Below, one piece after another: positions 1 through 12,589 of a stretch of DNA of 64,000 nucleotides. A model generated the notes under the pieces. It was not told the origin of the DNA, did not search any database, and saw nothing but the letters and a program-made list of their open reading frames with translations. The position numbers were made by a program, and so were the translations under genes. The stretch comes from Psammoneis japonica (lineage: Eukaryota), in the NCBI GenBank assembly GCA_008632985.1, contig QPGO01000059.1:62001-126000 (forward strand), in the 5' to 3' direction. Every line of letters starts with the position of its first letter. Position 1 is the stretch's first letter.

Positions 1-29
1 GATTTTCTTTATCTAGGTCGCACATCACA

Positions 30-1850
30 ATGAAAAATATCTATCGGGGAAAAAACGGAGAAAGAGGGAAGCCAAAGGCAACCAATCCCGCTGGTAGTAA
101 TGGGCGTTCGCTTCGTGAAAACAACACGACTGCATCTGGTGGTCCGAGTAGTGGCCATGGCGCTCTTTTCGATTCAAATCAAAGTTGGAGTATTGCAGCG
201 CGTATCCATACCGATGAAGGCGACACGGCCCAAGCACCAGATACCATGTTTCTCCGGGGAGGCGGGCCAGAGAGAAGCAGCAACAAGAAGCGAGGACGAG
301 CAAAGGAGAATCCCAACTTAAAGGGCGAAAGTGATCAGCACACGCAGAAGCGACAAAGAGAAGTCTATCAAAGCGATCCAGAAAGAGGAACTACTGATAC
401 AGTTGGCGACGCAAACACCGCCACAACAAACGACTACATCAGCGGAGAAGAAGAAAGCAACATTTTCGATGGGGGAGAAGAGAGTTCAAGCGATCTAGGC
501 ATCAATTTTTCCAGCGTCAACCAGTTTCTTCCGTCGAGCATGCTACCAAGATCACAGGCGATCCCACCTCCACAATCCTTGTTCCCACAACAGTCCTCAA
601 TCTCCAACATGAGCACATCATCGTCGTCCAGCAATACTAATCAACAAGCATCGTCGTCCTCACTGCCACGACCCATTCAGCAACAACCACAACTTCAACT
701 ACCAGTCCAAGTCGTCTCAGCAAGCCCTCCACAGGTGGACAACAGGCTGTACATATCAATGCCGCAGTTTCCGCAAGTGATAATGCCACCGTCGGTACCA
801 GGTCTCCCGCCAATACCTCATCAGCAGGAGCCTGCGATGATACATGCGCGTCCCGGGCAGCCAAGCATTGTCAACATGTTTGCTCCTCCACCTCCACCAG
901 ACTCGGCTCAAGCTTTACAACTTGCGCAATTCATCCTCCTTCAACAGCGTCTCGCGTCTCAGATGTGGGCCTTTCCTCCTGTACCGCCGATGATTCCTCA
1001 GCAACCGTTTGTACAACACCCCACCATCGGCATTCATCCTAACGTTACAGCTAGCGCAGGAGGCATACCAACGAGTGCCACAGTAGCAGCAACACCAAGA
1101 ACTATGCTGTGGCAACAGCAGACCCAGCAACAAGCCACTCGGCAGCAACCACCGAGTGCTGGAGGATTCCAGTATGAGCCACCATTCATGGTGATGAGGC
1201 AGCAGCCGCAGCTGTCTGTTCCCGTGGCAGCAGCCCCATCATCACCGAGTCTACCGTATGCTTCTGAAGAAAGTCCCAAACCAGCTCCAGCACCAATTGC
1301 AAGCCCGACGAGGGAGGCTATCGCTAGGTTTGAGACACAAGCCGTCAAGCCGAATCCAGATATGTTGATGTTCTTGCCGGAGGACAAGGATCGTTTATCC
1401 GAATACCAAATCCTTGTAAGGAAGCACATTGAATTCTTTGAAGCGACAGAAGCAGACGTTGCGCGAAACGTTCAGGGAAGAAAGAAGCAGCTTCACAAGG
1501 GCCAAGTCGGGCTACGATGCATCCACTGCTATCATGTTTTGCCGCTGAATAGACACAGACGCGGTTCGGTGTACTTCCCCATGAAGCTCCTTGGCATTTA
1601 CCAAGCGGCTCAAAATATTGCTACTACCCATTTGAGTGATTCGTGCATTTGTATACCAGTTTCGGTTAAGGCAGAGCTGAATCGACTACGCGAGTTTAAA
1701 GTTTCAGCTGGAGGTGGTAAGAAATACTGGGCCAGTACTGGTGAGGCCAAGGGGTTGTACGAGACGGAGCAGGGACTTCGTCTGCGTCCTCGCGAAGAAA
1801 AGGTAGTAGAGGGGGAGAAGGGGGGTGAAACATCTCCAGAGTCTAGCTAG
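30..1850 (+). CDS. Q/P-rich protein with a C-terminal conserved domain typical of an expanded diatom family (putative regulator)
   Basis: 606-aa ORF. Low-complexity S/Q/P N-terminus, then LSEYQILVRKHIEFFEA...GQVGLRCIHC...GSVYFP...IYQAAQN...HL motif block. Confidence 0.75.
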   Translation: MKNIYRGKNGERGKPKATNPAGSNGRSLRENNTTASGGPSSGHGALFDSNQSWSIAARIHTDEGDTAQAPDTMFLRGGGPERSSNKKRGRAKENPNLKGESDQHTQKRQREVYQSDPERGTTDTVGDANTATTNDYISGEEESNIFDGGEESSSDLGINFSSVNQFLPSSMLPRSQAIPPPQSLFPQQSSISNMSTSSSSSNTNQQASSSSLPRPIQQQPQLQLPVQVVSASPPQVDNRLYISMPQFPQVIMPPSVPGLPPIPHQQEPAMIHARPGQPSIVNMFAPPPPPDSAQALQLAQFILLQQRLASQMWAFPPVPPMIPQQPFVQHPTIGIHPNVTASAGGIPTSATVAATPRTMLWQQQTQQQATRQQPPSAGGFQYEPPFMVMRQQPQLSVPVAAAPSSPSLPYASEESPKPAPAPIASPTREAIARFETQAVKPNPDMLMFLPEDKDRLSEYQILVRKHIEFFEATEADVARNVQGRKKQLHKGQVGLRCIHCYHVLPLNRHRRGSVYFPMKLLGIYQAAQNIATTHLSDSCICIPVSVKAELNRLREFKVSAGGGKKYWASTGEAKGLYETEQGLRLRPREEKVVEGEKGGETSPESS

Positions 1851-2080
1851 CTATGATAGAGTAGAGACTATTAGTAGTGCTGACGGCATGGCTGTGTGAG
1901 AATGTTTTTGTGGTTTGTTTCAGTCCCGCAGCTCGGAGTTCGTCAGTGTAAAAAATCAACGGAGAACATCCGAAAACTTCGAGCTCGAGGAACTGCACGT
2001 CTCACGATTTTCGAGTTTCGAGACCACAACCAGCCACCAACACATCATAAACATAATATCCTGCGTGACTGCAATTCACC

Positions 2081-4683
2081 ATGTCGTCAAAGGAAGGAGA
2101 TTTCACAGCACCTACGCTCATACCGAGCCAAGTATCTGGTTCGGGAGCAAGTAAGAATACAACAAATTCGCAAGGCGGGCGATCACGTAGAAGAGGAGGG
2201 AGGAAAACCAAACACGACGGCCAAACGGCCAAGAAGCAGAGCGGCGAGAAGCAGCAGCCGGCTCAGCAGGTGGCCAATACGAATGCCAGTAATGCCGGTC
2301 AGAAAAAGAAACGCAGACGAAATCGTGGTAAAAAGTCTAGCGTAGCGATGGATCAGGCGCAGCAAGAATCTACGGATCAAAACAGTGACGTTGCATCCAC
2401 GAACCCTCGTTCAAAGTCTGCCAGCACGAAAAAGGCTTTTGCTAGACGAAAAAATGTCAAGAAACGGGGCAAATGTCCATGGAAAAAGCATATTCCACCC
2501 GGGACTATGGATCCCATCACCTTAGACCCGCTGGTATCGTTGCCATATCCTCCTTTTGCCATTGTTGCAACCGAACCTTATATTCCGGTTCCCACATGGC
2601 CCATTCCCGAATCGCCTGTTCAGAAATCGACTAATCAAGACGATAAGGAAGAAGAGAACCGTAAACGATTGGAGGAGCAATGGGGTAAGCAGCACTTACC
2701 TTTTGCAGACGGTGCTTCTGAAGAGGAACCGAAACAGCAGCCTGCTGATTCACTCACGAGCGATCGCCACTATCACCTTTACGATGGCCGAGCGTTAGCT
2801 TATTACTTGGTGTCTCAGTTGCAATTCATTGACCCACTCAATCGGCGCGATTTGACATGTGATGAGCTGGTCAACCTGGATGACTATCTTTGTAGGCACG
2901 GCTTTGGTGGTGATATGAATGTCGTGGAGGCTTATGATGCCAAGGGTATTACCATGAGCTCTGCAGGCCAAGCGGGCCATACTGCTGCTGGCCGAGCCGA
3001 AATGATGCAGCAAGAAGCACGAGTTTTGTTGAATGCCTTGTTTGGAAATGGGCCACCATCTGCGGCTCCTACTGCTCCTGCGGCTGCTGTTGGTGGAGGA
3101 TTGCGTGAATTGTATGCCGCATCGCAAAACCAGCCAGAACCACACAGCCGTGGTAATCGCGCCGATAACCAATTTGACAACAATGACGACTCTGGTATTT
3201 ACGTCGAAGACGATCATGCGGGCTTGATATTGATCGATGATGATGCAAATCCAGGGTTGCGTGGCCGAGGAATCCGATCTTCTGTTCAAGCAAACGCCTC
3301 TCTAGATGTGGGAGCAACCGAGTTTGTTCCTGGCGTGGGAATTGGCATTGCCAATCGTCATAGTCACGCTACTCAAGTTCACCGCCACGACTTTCCGTCG
3401 TTACCTACTCCCGAGATCAAGACTCAGTCGCCCCCGACTGCTGGTGGCAAAGCTTCCAACTCGGACAAGAAACCCGCTTCTCGGAGTTTGCAGAGAATCA
3501 CCAAGGTGGTGAAAAAGACAGATCCGGAAGAGCTCCAACGCCAACGAGATGCCCGAGAAGAGGCTATTCGTCGTGCCATGTTGTCAAACATGTCATATGT
3601 AGTGCCAGAAGCTGCGGACGCATCTACTTCCGGGATGCTTACCCAAGGCACGATGCGTGAAGGACAAGGCCACTGTGACATAGTATCTGCATCCGCCGTT
3701 GGACCAACGGAGGGACAGTTGGAAAGGAACCGCAACCTCGCCGCAGCACTGAATGTTGCCCCCTCGACAGTCCGTCAGCAGAATAACTTTCACTCGGGTT
3801 GGGCTCGACCGACCACCGTTAACATCGAGCTCGATCAATTTGGCAACGAGCTCAACAGAACTCAATACCCCGACGCCCTCATTCTGGAGGCTCGCGAGAA
3901 TATGACAGAACTGTTGAGGCTAGAGAAGAAATGGAAGACATTCTTGGCTGACGATACCTCGGCATCTCTTCCACTCAAGCCCATGCTTCGTCCTCTCCGC
4001 AAGTTTTGTCACGAGTATTCGGACTTTTGGAAGCTGCATACCGAGAGTTTTGATCCAGAACCGAAGCGCTACATTCATTGCGTCAAGATGCGTGACACGA
4101 GTGCGCCGTATCCTCTCCTGTCAGAAGCAGCCCGGAACTGGCGAGGTCCTGGTCAGCTTCCACCCCAGCAGCTTCCTACTACTAGGCTTCAGAGTGAACA
4201 TGCGTCGCATCAGACGGCAGGTCAGAGTACCGTATCACGGGAATTCCCGCCGGGACCACCTCGAGAACCGCTGCAGCTATTACCCAGATCGACAGAAGCC
4301 GGTACTCAAGCCGCAGCTACAAGGATTATAAAAGCTGATACGCAAACTGAAGCTCAACTCAAGTCACGATTTGATGCTCTTTCAATGGGCAAAGAGCGTG
4401 TGCGCTTAGATTTGGCCCCACGGACTCTCCCGACTGAACTTCCTCCATTCCAACCAGCAAACAAGTCGCCTAGTACCTTTGCCGATGAGCGCCTCAAGGA
4501 ACAAGCGGAGGAAAGAGCCAGGAAGGAACGGGAGGCGGAAGACCAGAAGAGGCGTGTGTTGGCTGCTGCCTTTGCTAGTGACAGTGAAGCGGACGAAGCC
4601 GGCGAGCAGTCTTTGAGTAGTGGCTGGGAAGAGGAAGACAGCTGTATTCGAGTAGCAGCGGTGATGAGGAGACCTCTAGTTAG
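2081..4683 (+). CDS. R3H-domain (NFX1-type) nucleic-acid-binding protein
   Basis: Long ORF containing LKPMLRPLRKFCHEYSDFWKLHTESFDPEPKRYIHCVK (RxxxH). A probable indel near 4638 would give an acidic C-terminus ending at TAG 4681-4683; the listed ORF runs to 4765. Confidence 0.75.
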
Positions 4684-4799
4684 GCAACTACCGTACGTCG
4701 TGAGTGACATTCGAAGGAAAATTAAGTTACTTCTAATTGAAACAATCTCTACCATTTTTCTATAATTGTCTATGTACTGTATAATCTTGCCCGCTGCTA

Positions 4800-5578
4800 C
4801 AGGCCATGCGATCGAAAAGATAGCCATCCCGTTGATTTGATACCTGCTCATTCTTTGGGGTTCGTCTTTTCGATTTTGGAAATCCCAATCTTCCGGTTGA
4901 AGACCTGCCGGTGCTGTTTCGGTTTTTCCCAGACTTTGATCGTTGACTCTGTCGTTTACCTTTTGTGCCCTTTTTCGTGACTCGATGATATCCGCGACTC
5001 CCACCTCCTTGCCCCAGTCACCTTAAGAGTGTTGATCATCTTGATGGCATCCAAAGTGTCAACATGCGTTTTGTTGCATCTGACTACTCCCTTTTCGTCA
5101 ATTATTACAGTCCAAGGGCTTCTTGTACGTGGTACTTCCTCAAAAGTTCGGATGGCATGGTCAGAGAGCCACTCCCACTGCTTTGGCCCATGGGTATTTT
5201 GAGACCATATTTTAGAAAACACATTTGAGCAGCTTCGGCCGTGTTGTATTCAAATCCGTCGTTGACAGCTTGGATTGCAACGATCCCCACTTTAGGATCA
5301 TTACGATAAACTTCCTGGAGTCTTCTGAGGGTAGGGAACCCCGTTCGATGACATGAAGGACACCAAGACTGAAAAAAGTACAGAAACAGAACTTTGCCTC
5401 GGTAGTCCGTCACATCCAGTGAAAATTCGTTTCCTTCTGGTAGCTGATACCATTCTCGTACTCCTCCCCACGATGGGGCATGTTTGCCTTTGATTCCTAT
5501 TCTTCTTTCTCCTGATCCCATGATGTTTGATTCACGCTTTTCTCCTGGATTGATTCCTGTTTTGCCTTTGGCACTCAT
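4800..5578 (-). CDS. Thioredoxin-fold redoxin (AhpC/TSA, TlpA-like), frameshifted in assembly
   Basis: DYRGKVLFLYFFQSWCPSCH (CxxC), continuing in another frame as SPWTVIIDEKGVVR. The 3' end is uncertain. Confidence 0.8.
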
Positions 5579-5714
5579 TTTGTGAGAACCGCCGAAATTG
5601 GGAACGCAAAGGGAACAACGAGGAACAAAGCGCGTGAAATCGTCGGACGCAGGTTCGGTGCAGTTTTGGTTCCCGTCGCTCGATCGGTCCCGCCGGCGCC
5701 AATTCGTGATTGTT

Positions 5715-5722
5715 TGACGTCA
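5715..5722. promoter_or_regulatory. TGACGTCA palindrome (bZIP/CRE-type site) in the divergent promoter between the redoxin and HSP20 genes
   Basis: Perfect palindrome in a CpG-rich intergenic region; function is inferred. Confidence 0.4.
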
Positions 5723-5990
5723 CATGCGAACTGCGAATTTTCAAAAAAAGATTTCGACGAGCGCAAAATCCAACACGTGTCATTTTCGTGATTAGGCGGC
5801 GAAACGACACGACCATCACGACAACTGCAGCTGTCAGTTTTTCTCAAAGAGCATTGAAACGGAAGCGTCTCTGTCTCTTGCTACAACCAGTACGATTAGC
5901 TTTTATTGTGTCAATCTGTACATTTTTATTGCGATGCAGTGTTAATAACTGACTAAAATCCTTGTTTCTTGTTCTCCACTAGCAGACAAA

Positions 5991-6716
5991 ATGATGATTA
6001 TTCGATCAAAACCGAAGACCGTACTTCTCGCCGCCATCACGTTCACGGCCGCTCTTTTGGCAATGCAGGCTGAAGCTCGTGGCTGCGGGTGGTCGTCCTG
6101 TGGAAGAAGTGCTGTGTTGCCTCGACGACATGGGAACTATTACTTTAATCGAAGACCGAGCAGCATGTTTGATCTGATGAGTGATATTTTCAGCACTCCT
6201 GTATGCTACTCCAACTCTCTTCATCGTCAGTCCCAAGCGCAGTCGGATCGAATGGTCACTGAAAGATCAGCGCCTCGATATGAAATGTACGAAACCGAGG
6301 ATGGACGCGTGGAGCTGACGTTGGAGGTGCCGGGCGTAAAGGCTGACGACTTGACAGTGGAGCTTCAAGACGATGACCGTGTTTTGCGAATTCAAGGTTC
6401 ACGGCATTACCAACAACGTGGAGTTACCACGGAATCCAAGTTTGATCGCACATTTCAAATGGATGCTAGTGTGGACATGGACAAGGTGTCCGTCACGCTG
6501 TCGTCAGGCTTGATGCGAATTTCGGCACCCAAGAAGGAACGACAAGTTCGAAACATTCCTGTCCAAGTTGCCGACGTTCAAGAAGAGACGATTGTTGAAG
6601 CGAAACGTTTGGATGACCAAAGTGGCAATAATCATGCAGACGGCTTGAATGATGCGGAGAAAGAAGCTCAAAAAGTTATTGATGGGCTCACAATTTCGGA
6701 AGAGGACGACGCTTAG
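5991..6716 (+). CDS. Small heat-shock protein (HSP20/alpha-crystallin domain) with N-terminal signal peptide
   Basis: LTLEVPGVKADDLTVEL...LRIQGSR...FDRTFQM...VSVTLSSGLMRISAPK; hydrophobic N-terminus. Confidence 0.9.
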   Translation: MMIIRSKPKTVLLAAITFTAALLAMQAEARGCGWSSCGRSAVLPRRHGNYYFNRRPSSMFDLMSDIFSTPVCYSNSLHRQSQAQSDRMVTERSAPRYEMYETEDGRVELTLEVPGVKADDLTVELQDDDRVLRIQGSRHYQQRGVTTESKFDRTFQMDASVDMDKVSVTLSSGLMRISAPKKERQVRNIPVQVADVQEETIVEAKRLDDQSGNNHADGLNDAEKEAQKVIDGLTISEEDDA

Positions 6717-6924
6717 ATATTCATTGACCCAAGCAGCCAGGTAGTGATTTTATACGCATAGGCATTCTATATTTTTTTCAGCAAGCGACTTGCTGCTTCC
6801 CGTTGAAATTCACTCACCACTGCCTCCGTTTCAAGCAGTTTCTTCGAATGAGCATTCGAAACCAAAATGACGTCGTCTCATCCGTCCACATATTTACAAA
6901 GCCACCCTCGGCGTGCAATCTTAC

Positions 6925-7737
6925 TCACTTTCCTTTGTCCATGAGCTGCAGGCCAACCACACCGCTTACAATTAGGGTCAAGCAAAGGATTTTCTTGATA
7001 TCATACTCTTCGTTCCAAAAGATGATTCCAAACACGGACATGGTTGCCGTACCCAACGCTGACCACGTTGCATACGCGATACTGACATCAATTTGTTTCA
7101 GGCACAGGCCAAGTCCCAAGGGGCCCATGGCAAACAAAATCATCGCCAATGCAAAATGTAAGGCGCTTTCCTGGTCACTGGCAACCTTCATGAGGCCGGT
7201 CGCTGTTGTGTCTGCGAGTATCACGCACATCAACACGAGCCAGCTCCGAAAGGACGACTCTCCAACCCACTCAATTACAGTCGTTACTAAAGACGACACG
7301 GTGCTCATTACCACGTTGAAATTTTCTCTCATTAAACCACCCCCTCTTGGTATTGCCTGAGCAAAGTTCATCGGGGTATCATGATTGCTCGTGTCGAGAC
7401 TTCTATCGTCGTTGCCTCATCCTTTCGCTCCTTACTCGTAATTGACGGAGAATAATTTGTATTGGCTGGGCACGTCACTTCAGGATTCACCTTATGTGAT
7501 ATTGCAGCATTCTGTTCCGCTTTCATGGTTGCGCCAGAGCACAGATGCAGGCCCAGTATCAATGAGAGAGGTATCGAGAAGAAAAGTACTGGTATGAATC
7601 TTTTGTGGCGACGACTAACCATCAGGCTATACACGATCTCTTGAACCTTCGAAGAAGCGACTCCACAAGAGAGCACCGGTGTCAAAAGCTCGGCTATCTC
7701 TGCTCCTTGCCTCTGTTTTGTTGACAGCGGCGGCCAT
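6925..7737 (-). CDS. SMR/EmrE-like (DMT superfamily) transporter, probably two fused SMR repeats; frameshifted
   Basis: C-terminal LKQIDVSIAYATWSALGTATMSVFGIIFWNE...IVSGVVGL. Upstream hydrophobic segments (7368-7685) resemble a second repeat. ATG at about 7737. Confidence 0.7.
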
Positions 7738-8126
7738 TTTGGGTTTTCCCCTTCGCTCAGCTTCTCTCAATTTGTTTTAAACTAAGTATACATGTATTTA
7801 AACATATAAAATAAACAATAACAGCCATTCGGATCCCAACGGAGATTCTGTATTCCTTATGAGGTTTAGAATTATGTGCTTTTCCGTGTAACGGCAATGC
7901 GCGTGAGCGCGCGAAAGCAAGCAGGTGGCGCATCGCGCAGTTCAAAAAACGCGGCAGCTTCATGTCACACAATGGCGACGCGATGAAAATCATCCAGAAT
8001 GACGCCCTCATTTTCCCGCTCATGTGATACCATTCCAAACCAGCGGTATGTAAACTTTTGATGAGAGAGATAGGTAGCGAAATTTAATTTATTCCTGGAA
8101 AAAGAAAGATTTGAACAGCAAACAGC

Positions 8127-8750
8127 ATGTTGTCTGCAGCGAACGAGAAAAAGCAGCCATCTTTGTCAGGAAGACCTACCGGAAGAAGTCAATCTGCCCC
8201 TGCTGAAAAGAACCCGAGAACGCTACAGGCAAAGTTTGTATGGATACCGAAGTGTAGGTGAAGTACCTCAAATGTATCGAATTGCTGTGGGCGCGAAAGG
8301 AAGAGGATTGTTTGCGATTCAGACATACCTCCAAACACTCTGATTCACGTTGCTCCGTGCATTGGGTTCCAAAGCAAGAATACGACAATCATTTGCGACA
8401 CACGGTATTGGAACACTATCTCTTTAATGATACATCTCGTGGGAACAAGCTATTGGCGCTTGGCCATGGATCTCTGTTTAATCATTCACAGCATCCCAAT
8501 GTCGACTACCGTGTGGATTCGGTTGCTCTGTGCATTAGGTACTTGACGGGGCACAACGTCATTAGCAATGGAGAGGAATTGTGCATCAATTATGGAGGCA
8601 ATCTGTGGTTTGATGATGCAGATGATAAGAAGGACGATGCCACCAGTAGCAGCAGTGACGACTCGGTTGCGGATGGTAGCAACGTTTCTGCGACGGATGG
8701 AGCTGTGACAAACACCGGCGCCGGTAAGTATGGACGTTGTTAACTCCTAC
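8127..8750 (+). CDS. Small SET-domain protein-lysine methyltransferase-like protein
   Basis: GHGSLFNHSQHPNV and GEELCINYG SET motifs; frameshifts at both ends. Confidence 0.85.
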
Positions 8751-8770
8751 ACTCGCTTAGACAATCACAT

Positions 8771-10033
8771 TCACAGAATCACACATCCAGTTCCACCCCC
8801 ATACTTCTTTTTCAACACCTTCATATTTATCCACGGTTCCACCTTCTTGTAATCGGATTCCACTGTTTCTTTTCGTTCTTGAGCAATTCCGCGACTTCCT
8901 TTAGGAATCCCTTCCAATCCGCCTGGGCATCAGGCACGCCATCAAATCGGTCTTCACCAAACAGCAAAAAGCAAAACTCTTGGATGTCGTCTTTTCCAAG
9001 TTGCCGTTCGTCCAAGAGGTCGAACAAACGGTTGTTGTAGCCAAGTTCTCTACATCGATGCAACGGGAGACCATAATTAAGCCATTCATTGTACTCGTTC
9101 ACCTCTTTTGCTTCGTCCATAAAGTCATCCAGCACTTCCAAACTGCGGGAGGAACAGCCACAGCAGGCGATTGAGTAACTCCAACGAAATAGATACAAAA
9201 GCCCGCAATAGTCCTTACCTCAATTCCAACTGTGAATCTAAATCATTATAGAACTCCACCACATCGTGCTCATCCGTACAAAGTCGAATTACAATCCACA
9301 CTGGAAGTCCTTCTAGCGATCGAAGCGCTTGCAGAAAATTCCGTTTGGATGATTCTTCGGAAGCATCTGCAGAATCGGTTGGGAGACCATCGGTGGCAAG
9401 TACCAAAACAACCCGAGTGCCATCCCTTACCAAATCGTTTTGCATCTCGACAATGTTTTCACGAATTTCATAAATATGACGAGCAAGAGGGGTTCCACCC
9501 ATTGGCGTGGTATTGCGCATGGTGCTTTGCGCGACAGAAACCTCTTGATCTACAAATCGGACCCTTTTCACCTACACTAAATTGCTGAGGTCCATTAACA
9601 GCACCGGGATCGTTAAGCATGCGAAACACTGTTGGAGCTTCCAAGAGCGCCGCCATTTGAGCATGATAATTGACAGTCTCCTGAATTTCCCTCCATCGTG
9701 TGCACTTCACAGCTCGCACGTCATCCTTCTTGCTGGTCTCCACCAGTCGATGACCATCACTCTCCACCATGGACCACTGTTATCAATTACCCATATTCGA
9801 AGCGGAAAAGCCGCACTATTCTTGGTCATGGCCTTGGCGAGTCCTTCTGTAAATCCCTGCTGTTTGAGTGCTTCAATGTCAGCACGACCTAGAACTTTTG
9901 ATTTCTGGTTTGGTAACATGACACGACTACTTCTGCCTTGACTAACGAGTGTAGGACGTGGAGCGGATGCTTGTGGAGCGGACATGAGAGGTACCGCGGT
10001 GGCATAAGCCATGGGAATGTCAGGGTCCGCCAT
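8771..10033 (-). CDS. vWA-like domain protein, paralogue 1; C-terminus ends CVIL (CaaX-like)
   Basis: WVIDNSG(S)[17 protein letters not shown] and IRLCTDE motifs. GT-AG intron at about 9144-9218. Ends KKKYGGGTGCVIL-stop. Confidence 0.85.
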
Positions 10034-10199
10034 GGTGTCAACAACGCAGATTTTCTTTTTTGTGTTTTGTGTTTTCGATGATGAGAACCACGTTTCATGT
10101 TTAGGCTTGTGGTCTGTCAATTCAAATTTCCGGGTTCGTTTTTTATGTGCTTGCGTGTCGTCATCAAATCAGCACAAATTTCTGTGAAAAGCTTGCACA

Positions 10200-10737
10200 A
10201 TGACGCTCCGACAACATTTTCCATACGGCAAAAGTTATCATGACGCTAGCTGCCTTTGTACCCACAGCAACTCTTCTTGAGAGTAGAAGACCTTGACTCA
10301 CAATGCAGTTCTGCCGTTCTCGAATGTTCCAGAGACTTCACTCGTCGTTGCGTCTACTGACGCAACATTTGAGCCGGTCCTGCCCGATACAACTGCGCTG
10401 GCTGGAATGGGTGGAGTGGTTTTGATATCCATTATTGCTGCCATTGTATGGTCCAACAGGTGGTACCTGTGTCTCGCACAAGCTCGCCTTGAGCAAAAAG
10501 AGCGGAGACGTGAAGGAATACCTTGACGGACTCGAAGAAGATGAAGACCGTCCGCTTGAACAGTGGCTTTTCAACGACTGGTTAACATCTCGAAAGACCA
10601 ACACAAAAAAGGATGCAGCTATCCCAATTCTGAAAAAGGCAAAGTGGAATTCGGGAGACAATCCTGTTCTTGTCACATCGGCGATGCTCATGGTTGGCGT
10701 AGTTGTGGCAGCAATCACGGAACGGGTCGTATCTTGA
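10200..10737 (+). CDS. Small hypothetical membrane protein, frameshifted
   Basis: ORFs 10293-10526 and 10435-10737 join into a protein with two hydrophobic helices and a WNSGDNPVL motif. Confidence 0.55.
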
Positions 10738-11242
10738 GACAGCTTGTTGGTTTCGCAAACAGGACCTTAACCTCTGCAAAAGAATAGAATTGAACTTTAA
10801 TTGGAATTTAATATAGATCCGTATGAAAACTAGGAGATATGTGTTTCAAACTTTATCCCGGATTCTTCGTTTGTCACCTTTCAGACTTTATAGCTGCCTT
10901 TCTTCCATCTTTGCCGTGACGCTTCACTTCGGTGGGTGCGGGTGTAGTGGATTCAAAGGGAGGCCGTACATTTATCTTTTTTCAATGGAAGGTTCTCTCT
11001 CTTCAACACATTGACAGAGTGGACTACAGCGCTCCATCTACTTCTTGACAGCATATACTTTCGTTGTCGTCCCTGACACTCAACGGTACGGTGCAACAGT
11101 AACAAGCAAGCAAATGTCGTCAGACTGTAAAACTGTAGGCCAGAGCGAGAAGAACAATGATATGATCAAATCAAAACATGCATTATAAGTAGCTGAACTC
11201 TGTCGAGCTAAATCACCACAGGAGTACCTCCGACTTGAACCC

Positions 11243-12267
11243 TTACTTTGGGGTTGGGAAGGGAATTCCATCATGCAAATACTGCTCGTCATCAAACAAT
11301 TCAAGCCATCGCGCCCTGCAATCGTGTGGATTCACAGTCTGCAGTCCATTCCAAAGAGCCATGAAATGCTGCTTTGCCTTGATCCAATCTTCAAACTTCT
11401 CAAGTTTTCCGCGCCCATGTTTGTCCATCGCCTCTCTCTGCGGTATGTGACCAGCATCATGCCATTCGCCGAAAACTATATCCACCCCTTTGCACAATAC
11501 TCCCGAAAACATCAAACTGGGTGCGACAATGAATTCCATTCCCTCAATGTCCAGCTTAAGAACGACGCTTCCTAGTCCATCCCCACTTTGATTCTCTTGC
11601 TCATCATAGTTTCCGTATACTTCTGATGGGACGCGACGTTCAAGAATATGATGTTCAATCCACTTGGCAAAATGAATCACAGGCACCACTTCTTTCTCGG
11701 AATTTCCCACGCGATCCACAACAGAAAACCCCCAATCACCTTTGTTAACTTCCCTATCGTCGCGATAGAAATCCATGGTACCATCTTCATCCGAGAGACC
11801 GACGTTAATGGGAATGTATCTCCAGCCCATATCGGCATACGCCTTCTCAAGTTCCTTGTGCCTAGCGCGATGAGCGGGGTTGGGCTCAAATCCAAAAGCA
11901 CAAAAATCTCTATTGTCTCTCTTCTCAGCAGGTCCAAAGGCCTGCGCGAAAGCAATTGTGCGTTTTTTGCTTCAGAATACTTTTCTGCTTCGAACAAGAA
12001 ACGTGAGTGGATACCAATGTTGGCGCCAGCATCCAAGAAAACGTGATAGCACCCATCACCAAGACGAGGTTCCCTTTCCGTTTCTCTCTGGACAAGGGGT
12101 TCAGTGTTTAATTGACGCAAGCCTATCTCTTCTCGTAGAGGCCTCAGACCTCCAAACTGATCGGAGACGAAAACAAAGCCAACGAGGAATGCCATGAAAC
12201 TGGCTAACCTAAATGGTTTGAACACATTGTTCAGCGTTTGTGGCTTCCCGCTCTTGATGAAAACCAT
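11243..12267 (-). CDS. FkbM-like SAM-dependent methyltransferase family protein (type II membrane), frameshifted
   Basis: N-terminal TM segment; CYHVFLDAGANIG (motif I) and VVLKLDIEGMEF...IVFGEWH. Confidence 0.75.
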
Positions 12268-12589
12268 CTTGTGCCATGTGTGATACCGCGGTCAAGTCAG
12301 GGTCAAGTCTATTTGTTTTTAATGTTAGGAACCTTGCTGTTGTGTGGCCGTGCGGGTAAATCCTTGCTTTCGCAGACTTACTCTGCGCCTCAAAGCGCTT
12401 GGAACGGGAATGTGAGAAAAGTGACCACCTTGCTTTGTACTTCACGATTCAATTGTTTGATCACGGAACAAGACTGAAAACGCCATCATCATCGCAAGAC
12501 TCACTACGTCACATCCGAAATCTGTTTGAAATGCACACAAATCCAAACTTTCCAATGGCCTCCGCGACACCCTCTTCATCCTAGCTCAA

